Shown here: positions 1-10,756 of the stretch, in pieces
Position numbering within the stretch: the stretch's first letter is position 1
Layout of the letters: every line of letters starts with the position of its first letter
Assembly: GCA_965208325.1 (NCBI GenBank)
Contig: OZ242326.1
Location: 736,001 to 800,000 of the forward strand
Origin: Candidatus Poribacteria bacterium
GTDB lineage: Bacteria > Poribacteria > WGA-4E > PCPOR2b
Direction of reading: 5' to 3'
Length of the DNA: 64,000 nt
Translations under genes and position numbers: made by a program
Notes under the pieces: model-generated
Seen by the model: the letters and a program-made list of their open reading frames with translations, nothing else
What the model was told of the DNA's origin: nothing
Database searches by the model: none

Positions 1-287
1 AGCAGCCGATTTTGAATGACAGCACGAACAACGGGTGCTGTCCCTTCTGGCCGCAGCGTGACGCTCCGGTTGGCTTTATCGTTGAAAGTGTACATCTCCT
101 TTTCAACGATGTCAGTAGTATCCCCCACACCTCGGACAAATAGATCGGTGTTTTCAAAAATTGGGGTGCGGATTTCGTGATACCCGTATGTCGAAAACAC
201 AGATCTCGCGACACTCTCCACCCACTGCCATGTTTGAGTCTGTGAAGGAAGGATATCTCTGGTGCCCTTTGGTGATTGAATCTCCAT
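1..287 (-). CDS. hisS: Histidyl-tRNA synthetase, N-terminal part (runs off the left edge)
   Basis: Manual translation from ATG 287 gives [14 protein letters not shown]...[56 protein letters not shown], the HisRS motif-1 region. Not in the ORF track. Confidence 0.97.
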   Translation of the reverse strand, partial: MEIQSPKGTRDILPSQTQTWQWVESVARSVFSTYGYHEIRTPIFENTDLFVRGVGDTTDIVEKEMYTFNDKANRSVTLRPEGTAPVVRAVIQNRL

Positions 288-296
288 GTCGTGCTG

Positions 297-1445
297 TTAA
301 CTCCCAATTACCCGCTGAATCTTCCTTAACGATTCCGTTGCCGCATGCCGCAATTCCTCATTTTCGTCATTTCCAAGCGCTTGTAAGGCGGCAACGACTT
401 CACTGTCGCAATAGATGACCTTTCCTAATGCTTTTGCTGCCCAAATCCTATCAGCCTTCTCAAGTAAGACTAGCTGCTCGCCGTGCGCAATGGCGGATTG
501 GATTTCTCCATTTTCAATTTTCTGGCGCAACCGTTGTTCGCAAAACCCAATGTGCCCTACTGCTTCCGTCACCGAAAGCCACAAGCTGTTAACCTTCACA
601 TTTTCCAATTCGCCGAGCAAAAATTCTTTGTAGAGACTTAAGAAATAGTTTTCAAATGCTAAAGTCCGCTCACAGATGTTTTTGAGTTGTTTCCTGTCAT
701 CTGTATCTTCAGGAACGCAATACTCCCATGTTCTACGGCATTTGGCATAAACGTCTTGGATAAGGTCTGTCCATTCATCGTTGATGCGTGTTCGATATTG
801 TTTCAGACAATCGTTTTTATCATTGACATATATATTGGCTTTGAACGCTATAATCGCCAATGCGGATTTGCCTACACAGTTGATTATCTCCTTGGTGCCT
901 GGGCGTAACGTTCCAACCGCGTCGCGCGCTTTTCGTTTGTCGTAACCATAAAACTGCCCTTCAGGGTCAGGATAATTCAGTGGGAACACGAGACATTCTG
1001 GTTTCCCGCGGATTCGTGAATAGAAACGATACGGGACATGCATCGCGGCGCGTCTATACCAATCAAGAGGTATTAACCTTATTTCATCGCGTACATCTTC
1101 CCCATATAGCAAGGTACTGGCAAACTTAAGCGTTGGAAATCCGAGGCGTAACGCCTGTCCTTCACTATAAAGATTGAGTTCCAATGGAATTGGACTCATC
1201 AACGAACAATTTTGGCTCGTCTGCTGTGCTTTTTCATTTTCTTCTAAACTGATGAAATTGTCAATGAACAGGATGTCAACGTCAATGTCGCTTGCCGGAA
1301 CCGCAGTGCCATCCGTATAACTTCCTGTCAAGTAGTAACCTCGAATTCGATTGGGAAAAACCGATTCAAATATTCCAATTGCACCACGTAAAATATCGTC
1401 AACCCTTCGGTTGCCGACAGAATTGAGTAGGGAGACGGTGTTCAT
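297..1445 (-). CDS. Nucleotidyltransferase-domain protein with C-terminal HTH-like and HEAT-like segments
   Basis: Pol-beta-type motif GYYLTGSY..G...SDIDV. Likely start is ATG 1445 (MNTVSLL), just after the upstream stop. Confidence 0.75.
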   Translation of the reverse strand: MNTVSLLNSVGNRRVDDILRGAIGIFESVFPNRIRGYYLTGSYTDGTAVPASDIDVDILFIDNFISLEENEKAQQTSQNCSLMSPIPLELNLYSEGQALRLGFPTLKFASTLLYGEDVRDEIRLIPLDWYRRAAMHVPYRFYSRIRGKPECLVFPLNYPDPEGQFYGYDKRKARDAVGTLRPGTKEIINCVGKSALAIIAFKANIYVNDKNDCLKQYRTRINDEWTDLIQDVYAKCRRTWEYCVPEDTDDRKQLKNICERTLAFENYFLSLYKEFLLGELENVKVNSLWLSVTEAVGHIGFCEQRLRQKIENGEIQSAIAHGEQLVLLEKADRIWAAKALGKVIYCDSEVVAALQALGNDENEELRHAATESLRKIQRVIGS

Positions 1446-1452
1446 CTGAAAT

Positions 1453-4400
1453 TTACGATTTCGGTTGCATCGCTGCCTGAATCTTGCGCCGTTGCTCTTG
1501 AAGTTCCGCAACACTGGGGGCAAGGCGAAGCGCTTCGGCATTAGCTTTCAATGCATCGCCATATCGCTTCTGTGACAAGTAAAAATCCGCCAAATCTTTG
1601 TGTAACAGCGGCTCGTCCGGTGCAATGCGAATTGCACGCTTGTACGAATCAATTGCTTCGCTAATTGCCTTCTCGCCCGCATATATATTGCCTAAAATAT
1701 AATGCCCACGCCACAAATTTGGGTTAACTTCCAAAGTCTTCTCTGCATACTGGCGCGCTTCCGGCATCATGTTTTTAAGACGGTAGATAGATGCCATAGC
1801 CGCGAATATTTCAGCGGGAAGATTTGAATCTAACGCCTCAAGGCGTTGGTAAGTCCGCAGCGCTTCATCATTGCGTTCTTGGCGTTCATAAATAGGTCCG
1901 AGTAGGAGGTAAAAGTCTAGACGATTTGGTTCAAGTTCAATCGCAGTCTCAATGGCTTTAGCGGCCTCGTTTAATTTCCCTTGGCCTTCGTTGATGACCG
2001 CGAGTTGAACGTAGCCTTCCGTATCGCGAGGATTAGTTCGCAAGGCCTGTTTCACGACCTGTTCAAGTCGCTTGAGCTCGTTTTGCTCCTCCTTACGAAC
2101 CAATCCGGCTGCAACACCAAGATGGTATCGAATCACCTCGTCGCCGGGATTAATTGCCAATCCACGGTTAAAATGGCCAAATGCGTCCTCATATTCTCCC
2201 GCGACATGGGCAAGTTGGCCTTGAATGAGATTCTGAGTGGCGTCGAAGTAAAGGGCCGCCCGTTTTCTCACTTCGGTTTTCTCCGCCATCGATTTACCAT
2301 AATTCTTCAGGTACGGGTTGACGCGTTCGCGGTGTTTCGCCAGTGCTGAAATAATTCTCCTACTGGCTCCTACAGACTGGTTTGTACGGATTAACCCCAA
2401 ATTCGGACGGCTATCCGAATAAACAGCGCCGTATCCGGCATAGTTTCGGAGAGCATCCTCACTCATCATAAACGAATCCAGCAACGACATACCGTCAAGG
2501 TCATCCCCTGCGAGCGCATCGCTGATGTTTGCAATTTGTGTTCTGCCCATAAAGTCTACAAAATCAATCTTGAGTCGTTCAGATGTGCCAATCAAGACGG
2601 CGAAGTCAGGCGAGTATTTGTACCATAGTGTTGTGTGAGGAAAAACTTCAAGCATTGTCCTCAAAGCCATTTTGAAATGCACGTCGGAGTTTAACCGGAG
2701 CGGAAGCCACTGGCATAAAATACCATCTTCGTTCAAAGCCCGTTTGCAGAGTCGGTAGAATTCTGTCGTGTTGGTTTGCGAATACCATGCCGCGGGAGAG
2801 GATGTGAAGGACCTCACTGAGATGATGTCGTACTTTTCGCCCGTTACTAGCAGATGGTTCCGCTCGCCATCAATCGTCAACTTGAATTGGGGATTGCTGA
2901 GAATATGGTGATTTACATTAGCGAAATGTGCGCGCGTTTCTTCGACGACATCTTTTGAAGATTCGACCGTATCCACATAAACGCCATGTTTCGTCATTGA
3001 GTAGGCTGTTAAGCCCATGCCGAACCCAACTACAAGTGCACGTTTCGGCTCAGGATGTAAGAGTACCGGGAGGTGGGCGATTAGACGATGTGAAGGAGAG
3101 TCCCAGCGGGAAGTATCAGCAATCTTACGCGCACCTATATACAGCTGATGGGCTCCCTTATCATCCTTTAGCACCGACACATCAGCATCAACGCCATGTT
3201 TTTGGGAAATGATTGTGCTGCCCACGCCTCGTGTGAGGTAGCCCGAATTGCTGATGAACAGAGGGTTATCTCCTGTGTATAACACAACCAGTCCGAACCC
3301 AACGGTAAGGATTACTCCACCGGCCGCTGTGCCATTAAGGATTTGCCTGGTGCGTACGGCGTTAGCTTGTGCTGAGAAAACCGTGGCGCAACCTAAAATC
3401 GCGCTCAGGGCCGATGTCAGGACAATGCCCGGACGAACGCCAATAAACGGCACAATGATGAACCCCGCGCAGAAAATTCCCGCGATTGCACCAACGATGT
3501 GAATCGCGCTGACGATGCCAATACTGCGCCCTAGTCGCGCGCCGTCGTGTGAGAAAATCCGCACTGCCATCGGAAAACACCCGCCAATCAACACTGCTGG
3601 AACAACTATCACGACCGTACACCCAAAAAGCGACGCAATCCCGCCGCCGATTGGAAGTAGTTCGCTCAGAATCGGTATCGACGCTACGCCAAAAATCCCG
3701 ATGGCAATCTGCATCAATCCGAACAAACTAAAAAGAGACTTAACGCGGTCAGTTACTCGAGCGAATAACATACTCCCGATAGCGATGCCAAACAGTAAGA
3801 CTGCCAAGAAAAATGTTGTCGCCGCAAAATCGAGCGAGTGCACCAAGGCACGCCTCCAGAGCATTGCATAAGTCATCGTGCAGAAGCCGGAGACAGCAAA
3901 TGCCAAGAAAGCTAACCGATTTGGCGCAAGCGGTTCGGTTGTATCTGGGCGAGATTCCGCGTGCGTTGCGGTTATATGCTTCTCGTCCTTAACACTCGAA
4001 ATACCACTTACCGACTGCCGAGGCAGCCCAAAGGCTACGGCTGCGGCAACCAAATTAATGCCCGCGCATAAATAAAGAGACGGCTGAACCCCTAAAGTTT
4101 GTAATAGGAAATATCCCACCGCGAGGCATCCGATGGCGCCGCCAAGCATCTTGATACCGTTGAGAACGCCGACGTGGAATCCAAGACCGTCCGCACTCCG
4201 CACGAAAACCCTGCACAACACAGGTAATGTGCCTCCCATCAGAATCGACGGGACAATCAGGACGAGAAAGGATAAAGCAAACCGAATGAACAAAAGCGAA
4301 TAGAACTCCCCATTAAGCGCGCGAAAGGCTAGAATGTGCGCGGCGTTTAGCACATTCAATAGCAATGGGGAGACAAGGGCAAATACACCGATACCTAATT

Positions 4401-4629
4401 CAAGAATAGCATATAACCGTAATGGACGGTCTTCACGATCCGCGGCCCGGCCAAAGTACAATGCCCCTACTGCTAATCCCGACATCAGTGCTATCAGCAC
4501 CGTGCTCACCGGCAGTGTCGTGCTGCCAAAGATCAGAGTGAGTTGGCGTATCCAGATTACCTCGTATATCAAGCCAATGGCACCCGCAAAGAGGAAGATT
4601 AGCCGCACAACCGGTTTAATGTTTCGCAC
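1453..4629 (-). CDS. Fused membrane (MFS-like)/spermidine synthase-like protein with C-terminal TPR repeats
   Basis: Two related multi-TM halves (YEVIWIRQL.LIFGST and YAMLWRRAL), SAM-fold segment HPEPKRALVVGFGMG...GILCQWLP, then TPR helices. Confidence 0.85.
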   Translation of the reverse strand: MRNIKPVVRLIFLFAGAIGLIYEVIWIRQLTLIFGSTTLPVSTVLIALMSGLAVGALYFGRAADREDRPLRLYAILELGIGVFALVSPLLLNVLNAAHILAFRALNGEFYSLLFIRFALSFLVLIVPSILMGGTLPVLCRVFVRSADGLGFHVGVLNGIKMLGGAIGCLAVGYFLLQTLGVQPSLYLCAGINLVAAAVAFGLPRQSVSGISSVKDEKHITATHAESRPDTTEPLAPNRLAFLAFAVSGFCTMTYAMLWRRALVHSLDFAATTFFLAVLLFGIAIGSMLFARVTDRVKSLFSLFGLMQIAIGIFGVASIPILSELLPIGGGIASLFGCTVVIVVPAVLIGGCFPMAVRIFSHDGARLGRSIGIVSAIHIVGAIAGIFCAGFIIVPFIGVRPGIVLTSALSAILGCATVFSAQANAVRTRQILNGTAAGGVILTVGFGLVVLYTGDNPLFISNSGYLTRGVGSTIISQKHGVDADVSVLKDDKGAHQLYIGARKIADTSRWDSPSHRLIAHLPVLLHPEPKRALVVGFGMGLTAYSMTKHGVYVDTVESSKDVVEETRAHFANVNHHILSNPQFKLTIDGERNHLLVTGEKYDIISVRSFTSSPAAWYSQTNTTEFYRLCKRALNEDGILCQWLPLRLNSDVHFKMALRTMLEVFPHTTLWYKYSPDFAVLIGTSERLKIDFVDFMGRTQIANISDALAGDDLDGMSLLDSFMMSEDALRNYAGYGAVYSDSRPNLGLIRTNQSVGASRRIISALAKHRERVNPYLKNYGKSMAEKTEVRKRAALYFDATQNLIQGQLAHVAGEYEDAFGHFNRGLAINPGDEVIRYHLGVAAGLVRKEEQNELKRLEQVVKQALRTNPRDTEGYVQLAVINEGQGKLNEAAKAIETAIELEPNRLDFYLLLGPIYERQERNDEALRTYQRLEALDSNLPAEIFAAMASIYRLKNMMPEARQYAEKTLEVNPNLWRGHYILGNIYAGEKAISEAIDSYKRAIRIAPDEPLLHKDLADFYLSQKRYGDALKANAEALRLAPSVAELQEQRRKIQAAMQPKS

Positions 4630-5483
4630 AATTCTTTTCCCTATACACCATCTCCAATTATTCAGGAGTTTACATTCGTTATCGGATTCCGCCGCTCAAA
4701 AACTCATTATATCACATACATCCCCGCATTGTGTACATCAAAATAGGAAGGTGTGGTGCGCGCAAACAATGCAACCACTCATTTGGAAATTCTCCAATCA
4801 AAATGCCACTGAAGCAAAAAGTTTTCCTGGTACAAGGAGCTTTTTTTATGCGCGGCGGGCTGGTCGTCAGGTTACGCGTTAATTATTGACCTTGACGTGA
4901 TATGACCAAGAACTGCAATTTCATGAGTGAAGCGTGCGCAAGATCTGCCCCATACTATAATCTTGATTTGGAGTATTCGCAGGAATAAATTGCGGCTGTG
5001 GAAAATGGAGACAGGTATGGGGCATGACAACAAAGTTACTAGATCCGCAGTCCTTTGTCACAATCTCGCTTTGAGGTAGGAAGAAATCGCTATTAACGAT
5101 TTCTGGAATTAAGAATTAATGGATAATCCCGAACGACGAGATCTGGGACGACAAGGTTTCCATCAACGCTAAGCGTTCGCAGCGGTTGTTCAAAACCGTT
5201 CAGGGTATCAATGCCAAATATGCTTTTTTCCGAGAAGTCTTGACGGGTCACGGTTGCTTTTGCGCCGAGGGCGGTGTTGTGAGGCACAACGTCGTCACAC
5301 AGGGAAATTAGGTAACCTCCATCAGGCAGGGCAAATCTATATCACGCAATCTGATCGGCATGCGTTGTGATTTGTCAGGGTAGTTCGAATGCCCTTGCAC
5401 CCGTAGGTTTTCATGTCGTGTTTTCTGTGACACTGCAAATTTCCGCCATTCGCTCTTTTGGACTTGAATTATCAAATCCGCAA

Positions 5484-6248
5484 TCATCGGTTTGTTTTGG
5501 CGTTTGCCCAGGTGGTAGCCAATGAATCGCGGAGAGATACGGAAAACACGCCCGGATTGAATTCAAACAGTCCAGCCATCTCTTTTTCATCTAGCGGGCG
5601 GCTATAAATTCGCACCTCATCTAGAATGCCCACAAAACCGGCGAGTCCACAGCAGAACCCCAAGCGAAGCGGCGATACGCTTGGATCGAGAGTGGCATTA
5701 TTGGTTGCCACGCGACCTATGAGTTTGCCATTGGCATAGTAGGCGCCGCTCTGATTTTTCGACTCAAAGGTTCCTGCGATATGATGCCAAGTTTCCAATT
5801 CCAACTGTGGCCCCGTACGCGTCCCCTGCCATCCGCCGCCCGAAAACAGGTCAAGCCGACCGCCGCCGCGCAATAAGTCCAGATTGTATTGATCCGTGAA
5901 GATGACTCGATTTTCCCCGGCGAAATCCAATTCAGTAGGGAAAACCCATGCAGCGGCAGTGAAATCCTTTTGCACGGTTAAAGCCGGGTTTGCTGGGATA
6001 CGGGCTTGGGCGTTCTTATCGGGAAAGCGCAATCCTCTCCCGAATTTTCCCCTATTCTCTCGAACGGATGTCTGTATATTTCCGTCAATTTCGCCCCCGC
6101 CAGCGTCCCTGATTGAATCATCTCTTCCCTCAAAAGGATAATACGCAATAAGACCTTCGTCGAACTCAGCAGACATCACTGGACCAGACCATCCTAAAAG
6201 TACAAAAAGCCAAAAGGCAAATCCATATGACCATTGAGTTTTCACCAA
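5484..6248 (-). CDS. Secreted LamG-like jellyroll protein
   Basis: Signal peptide, GLIAYYPFE, WHHIAGTF, GILDEVRIYSRPL; tail VSLRDSLATTWANAK. Confidence 0.85.
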   Translation of the reverse strand: MVKTQWSYGFAFWLFVLLGWSGPVMSAEFDEGLIAYYPFEGRDDSIRDAGGGEIDGNIQTSVRENRGKFGRGLRFPDKNAQARIPANPALTVQKDFTAAAWVFPTELDFAGENRVIFTDQYNLDLLRGGGRLDLFSGGGWQGTRTGPQLELETWHHIAGTFESKNQSGAYYANGKLIGRVATNNATLDPSVSPLRLGFCCGLAGFVGILDEVRIYSRPLDEKEMAGLFEFNPGVFSVSLRDSLATTWANAKTNR

Positions 6249-6543
6249 ATCTTTCTTTCCAATTCGTAATGAATGCTTAACGTGAATCTATAATATGTAT
6301 TGAGTTGGATTTTGAGGATGGTGTGGACAAATCGTGGATAGCATCCCGCGTCGCGGAAAACTATGGCTTCTATGTTCAAATCTGCAGACTAAGTTATGGG
6401 GAGTGACAGATAGTAAACACGTGTTTGTTTAGCTAAGTCTAATATTGCTTTGAGGGAAGGACACAAGCGGAAGTTGGATTGAAACCTGAATAATTGCGGA
6501 CTTACTAACACTTTATCAGGCGGCAAGGTTTTGAATCATTGTG

Positions 6544-6579
6544 TTGAGACCAAGTGTAGCCGTATCCGCTTGGTCTCAA
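6544..6579 (-). terminator. Hairpin downstream of LamG gene, probable terminator or stabiliser
   Basis: TTGAGACCAAG(6544-6554)...CTTGGTCTCAA(6569-6579), 11-bp perfect inverted repeat; no clear U-tract. Confidence 0.45.
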
Positions 6580-6653
6580 TACAATCTTTTGCTCAATCAG
6601 CACTCGTCCTTAACGAGCTACTGATTTGACGCTCTTGGTTGAGACGAAATCGC

Positions 6654-7424
6654 TCATTCGCGGGCGTCCTTCAGACTAGCCCACGTAACCACCAGAGAAC
6701 CTTCCGGCGAAACCGAAGTGGGATATTCAAGCAACGCCATAACGTCTTCGGCGCTAAAGGCGCGGCCGTAAAACCGTACATCGTCGAGACTCCCAACCAT
6801 ACATTGAATACCCATATGGCCAAAACGAATTGGAGACTGCTCGACAGCAACTCCTTCTGGTTGGGCAGTGCCATCCAAGTTACCGTTGACGTAGTGTGAA
6901 ATCATGTTTTCATCTGCGTTATAGGTGCCTACGATGAGATGCCATTCCCCCAACGCCAGCGGTTCGTCTTTCCAAGGGGTGCCGACCCACGGGGGAGCGT
7001 CCGAGGTATTTTTGACTTCAAAGCGTCCCCTGCCGTGGAGAACGTCGAGATTAAACTGGTTGCTGAAAATCAGCCTATTTTCAAACTGGGGCCATTCACC
7101 ACCCATACCGAGTTCATCCGGCCGAATCCAAGCGGTAATGGCAAAACTCCCTGTAAAAGTGAGGCTTTCAGAACCGGGTACTGAAGCATTGCCTGTGTTA
7201 TCGGTGAAACGGATAGCCTTGCCAAATCTACCATCATCTTCCCGTACGGCAGAACCGAGATTGCCATCGTTATCTCCAGCCGAGTCTTCGAGGACGTCTC
7301 CATCTCCCTCAAACTCGTAATGTGAGATGAGTCCCTCGTGCAACGTTGCAGACACCGGCGCAACCGACACGCACAAGAACACAAAAAGCGTTGAGACAAA
7401 ACTCAAAACCAACACACGTTGCAT
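6654..7424 (-). CDS. Secreted LamG-like jellyroll protein
   Basis: Signal peptide, GLISHYEFE, WHLIVGTY, GSLDDVRFYGRA; tail VSPEGSLVVTWASLK. Confidence 0.85.
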   Translation of the reverse strand: MQRVLVLSFVSTLFVFLCVSVAPVSATLHEGLISHYEFEGDGDVLEDSAGDNDGNLGSAVREDDGRFGKAIRFTDNTGNASVPGSESLTFTGSFAITAWIRPDELGMGGEWPQFENRLIFSNQFNLDVLHGRGRFEVKNTSDAPPWVGTPWKDEPLALGEWHLIVGTYNADENMISHYVNGNLDGTAQPEGVAVEQSPIRFGHMGIQCMVGSLDDVRFYGRAFSAEDVMALLEYPTSVSPEGSLVVTWASLKDARE

Positions 7425-7517
7425 AAAATTTCCTCCAATTGTTTAATTGTTCAGTTTCAAATTGAATATCGGGTCAAGAAAATCAGCGCACCAGCGAATC
7501 TTTTCCCCTGCCCGTTT

Positions 7518-8312
7518 TCACCATTTTCCTTTCAGGTTTGCCCACGTGGTTGCGAGCCTACCCGAAGGTGACACAGCCACAAAAAGCCTGCCGTCCATAT
7601 CGCTTCTAATCTCGTCCTGCGTAAGCACGTGGTTGTAAAGTGCGACCTCATCCACAGCGCCGCCGAAGAACTCACCCGGTGCGTGGACTGAGTGGCTGCC
7701 GACCACAAAATGAGGCGATCCCTCGAACGTGGTGTTTCCTATAATCGAATTGTCGTTGTATATCAATTCACCGTTTAAATATGACTTTCGCGCCATGCCG
7801 TCGAACGTCATGGCGATATGATACCAGTTATCGGGTTGGATTTCGTTTTCGGCTTTGAACTCGCTGAAAGGCGGGAATTGTCGATTTGTGCCTTCAATAT
7901 TCAGCCAACTCAGGAACTGTTTCTTTTCGATGCCGATCTGGTGCCCAACCCACGGGTTGTTCCAGACTCTTGTGTCTCGGTAGGGTATTCCGGCCGCAAA
8001 CTGAATGGGCGACGGATTACGGACAGTCACCCACGCTTCCAGCGTTATGTCCTTCGGTAATCGCAAATTGGGATGATCATCAAATGTAATCATACCGGTT
8101 TCACCATCGAAGTCTATAGCCGAACCGAGTTGACCTTTGACCCAAACCGCACCGTCATTCAGTGTCCCTACGTACCCACTCCCACTCTTGTCTTGGGTGG
8201 AATTTCCGCTGCCTTCCTCAAAAGGAAGATATAGGAGTAGCTCGGCTACTCCAGTCCCAACAAACCCTGCTAGCAACAAGACGAGTCCACAAACTACAGT
8301 ATTTAACTTCAT
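7518..8312 (-). CDS. Secreted LamG-like jellyroll protein
   Basis: Likely start ATG 8312 (MKLNTVV signal peptide), LLYLPFEEGSG, WYHIAMTFDG, GAVDEVALYN; tail VSPSGRLATTWANLK. Confidence 0.85.
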   Translation of the reverse strand: MKLNTVVCGLVLLLAGFVGTGVAELLLYLPFEEGSGNSTQDKSGSGYVGTLNDGAVWVKGQLGSAIDFDGETGMITFDDHPNLRLPKDITLEAWVTVRNPSPIQFAAGIPYRDTRVWNNPWVGHQIGIEKKQFLSWLNIEGTNRQFPPFSEFKAENEIQPDNWYHIAMTFDGMARKSYLNGELIYNDNSIIGNTTFEGSPHFVVGSHSVHAPGEFFGGAVDEVALYNHVLTQDEIRSDMDGRLFVAVSPSGRLATTWANLKGKW

Positions 8313-8552
8313 TGTTAACGTCCTATATTCAAATCTCGTTGTATCCAAATTTCCTCGTTTTAATCAATTTACACGTCGTGGCTGCCTTGCCCGATGCCGA
8401 AACGATGAGCGACCCATTCACCGTGTCCGCAAAGCCAAACCCAACAAATCCATTATAAAGGATTATCAAAATAAAAACAAGTACAAATCGGCTATGTAAA
8501 GACGACTAACCACGCCTATACTATTGTCTTGCTGTGTAGTCGGCTAATTGTC

Positions 8553-9530
8553 CTATCCTTCCACCCCTCCGCCGTATGATGTATCACCTGCTGTCCTATC
8601 TTCCACCAATCCACCGGCATCTACCCAGTCTTTGATGCTCCGAATGCTATCCGCTACCGAGTAAATCGGCTCGAAACCCATGCGCGCTTTGGCTTTCGAC
8701 ATATCGAAGGAGATTTCACCTCCCTGCGCCATACTCCACGGGAACCCAACATCTACCTCTAGGTTTGGCGAAAGACGTTTGATAATCTCAACAAATTCTG
8801 AACCCCGCGTTGGGTTGGGACCGCAGCAGTTAAAGATTTGGCCCGCGGCGGCTGGATGCACCGCGGCAGCGATATGCATGCGGGCCACATCCCGGTAATC
8901 CACATAGTGGCAAAGTTCTTCGTTGGAAAAGTGTGGAATTTCAACTCGCACCCCTTCTTCCAATTGCTCTGCGAATTTACGCCAACCGCGTCCGCCTCCC
9001 CGCCCAAACGGACCGATAACGGCAGTCAACCGCAACACGGTCGCCGGAAGATTGAATTGATGGTAGTAGGTCAGCGCTAACTCTTCCTGCATTCGCTTTG
9101 TCGTCGAATACATGTCCTGCGGACGGCAGGGATGGTTCTCATCGACAGGCATGTAATCGGGAGGGTTAAACTTTGTTGCAGGATACCATTCATACGCGGA
9201 TATGCTACTAGCCAGTACGAAGCGATTTACTTCCATCATGCGTGCATTTTCAAGGAGGTTTTGCAAGCCGTTGACATTGACATCCACCATCTGAAGCGGA
9301 TCGCCAGTGTCACCCGGCAGTGAAGCGAGATGCATGATACAATCGAACGATTTATCTTTCAACGCCAGGTTCAGTTCGTCAGCTTTGGTCAAGTCTGCTT
9401 GGATAAAAGAAATATTTTCGCTCGGCTGTGAACGCCCGAGGGCGGTGACTGACTTCCCATTTGCCAACAACTGATGAACGACTTCACGGCCGACGTATCC
9501 GGTCACACCCGTTACCAGTACATTTTGCAT
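8553..9530 (-). CDS. NAD-dependent epimerase/dehydratase (extended SDR)
   Basis: Start MQNVLVTGVTGYVG (ATG 9530); YxxxK motif (YSTTK). Confidence 0.9.
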   Translation of the reverse strand: MQNVLVTGVTGYVGREVVHQLLANGKSVTALGRSQPSENISFIQADLTKADELNLALKDKSFDCIMHLASLPGDTGDPLQMVDVNVNGLQNLLENARMMEVNRFVLASSISAYEWYPATKFNPPDYMPVDENHPCRPQDMYSTTKRMQEELALTYYHQFNLPATVLRLTAVIGPFGRGGGRGWRKFAEQLEEGVRVEIPHFSNEELCHYVDYRDVARMHIAAAVHPAAAGQIFNCCGPNPTRGSEFVEIIKRLSPNLEVDVGFPWSMAQGGEISFDMSKAKARMGFEPIYSVADSIRSIKDWVDAGGLVEDRTAGDTSYGGGVEG

Positions 9531-9535
9531 TATCT

Positions 9536-10711
9536 TCAAGCCTCCTTTGGCGGCGGGATGTAATACGGAGGAATTACCTCTTCCGTTAACGGCAGATCGA
9601 CCCACCCACCGGTCTCCATACTCTTCCAAATTGCGCACATCACCTCGACAGCGCGGGCACCATCCTCGCCGCTTACTAGCGGCGGTTTATCGTTGATTAT
9701 GCAGTCCAAGAAATGTTCGGCCATACGCTCATAGTTATTCGGCCGCCGGGGAGGGCAGATGGGTACCCATCGTTTGCGGACATTCTCGTCAATGATGTCC
9801 TCAACCCAGAAGAGCTCTGGCCAACGATAATCCTTCAAAATCTGGGGCAACGTATCGACTGTAAAATCCTTATTGGTAAAAACTGCCATAGGCCAACTCT
9901 GAAAAGGGTTTGTGGCATCTGTCGCGGTAAATATTGTTCCCTCCGTACCGCATAATTCCGTCGCTTGGTTCACTGCCGGTGAAAATCGATTGCAGCTTAT
10001 CGTGCCAAACGCACCATTCTCGAACTCGACCATGACTAGAGCGGTGTCATCGCACAGGGTGTAACTTTCCGGCATTGCTAACCGTTTGGCTACGCCGACC
10101 GTCCTCTTGACTTTGCTGTCGTTCAGCCATGTCAATAAATCGATGGCGTGCGCCCCCGTATCGTTCAGTGCCGCGCCTCCCGCAACCTCGCAGTCCAGGC
10201 GAAACCCAGTTTTAGCTACGTGGTTTTGGTAGTTGTGCCAATGTTCGTGCAGCGAAGCCCGGCTCATTAACAAATTGCCAATCGCACCGCCTTCAATCAA
10301 TTCTTTTGCCCATTGATTGTGCGTCCAAAAACGCCGGTCGCAACCAACCATGAGTTTCACGCCAGCATCATTGCATGCGTCAACGATTTCCCACGCTTCC
10401 GTATTAGTTACGGCGAGCGGTTTTTCCACCACGACATTCACGCCGGCGTTCGCAGCGGCAACAGCGATGTTTCGGTGAACATTGTTCGGAGCAGCAATCA
10501 CCACCGCGTCAAGGTTAACCTTGTCAAACATAATCCGGTAGTCCGTGAACCACGCTTCTGCCCCCCATTTGGCGGCAGATGACTGCGCCTGTTCTTCGTC
10601 TACATCACAGACTGAAAGTAGTCTCGCTTCCTTCCGCTGGTCGATTGACGGAAAGTGGGCAATCTCTGCAATGCTTCCGCACCCGATAATCCCCATTTTA
10701 ATGTCAGCCAT
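9536..10711 (-). CDS. Gfo/Idh/MocA family oxidoreductase
   Basis: GIIGCGSIA, VVVEKPLA, GGAALNDTGAHAIDL. Confidence 0.92.
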   Translation of the reverse strand: MADIKMGIIGCGSIAEIAHFPSIDQRKEARLLSVCDVDEEQAQSSAAKWGAEAWFTDYRIMFDKVNLDAVVIAAPNNVHRNIAVAAANAGVNVVVEKPLAVTNTEAWEIVDACNDAGVKLMVGCDRRFWTHNQWAKELIEGGAIGNLLMSRASLHEHWHNYQNHVAKTGFRLDCEVAGGAALNDTGAHAIDLLTWLNDSKVKRTVGVAKRLAMPESYTLCDDTALVMVEFENGAFGTISCNRFSPAVNQATELCGTEGTIFTATDATNPFQSWPMAVFTNKDFTVDTLPQILKDYRWPELFWVEDIIDENVRKRWVPICPPRRPNNYERMAEHFLDCIINDKPPLVSGEDGARAVEVMCAIWKSMETGGWVDLPLTEEVIPPYYIPPPKEA

Positions 10712-10756
10712 TTAACATTCCCTTACTCAAAAATTTTCCATTCCAAACTCGTCGAA

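Noticed and set aside
4880..5480. Intergenic ORF 5093-5287 and the GCCCCATAC/GTATGGGGC inverted repeat
   Set aside because: No recognisable homology or second copy; cannot be supported as a gene or mobile element.
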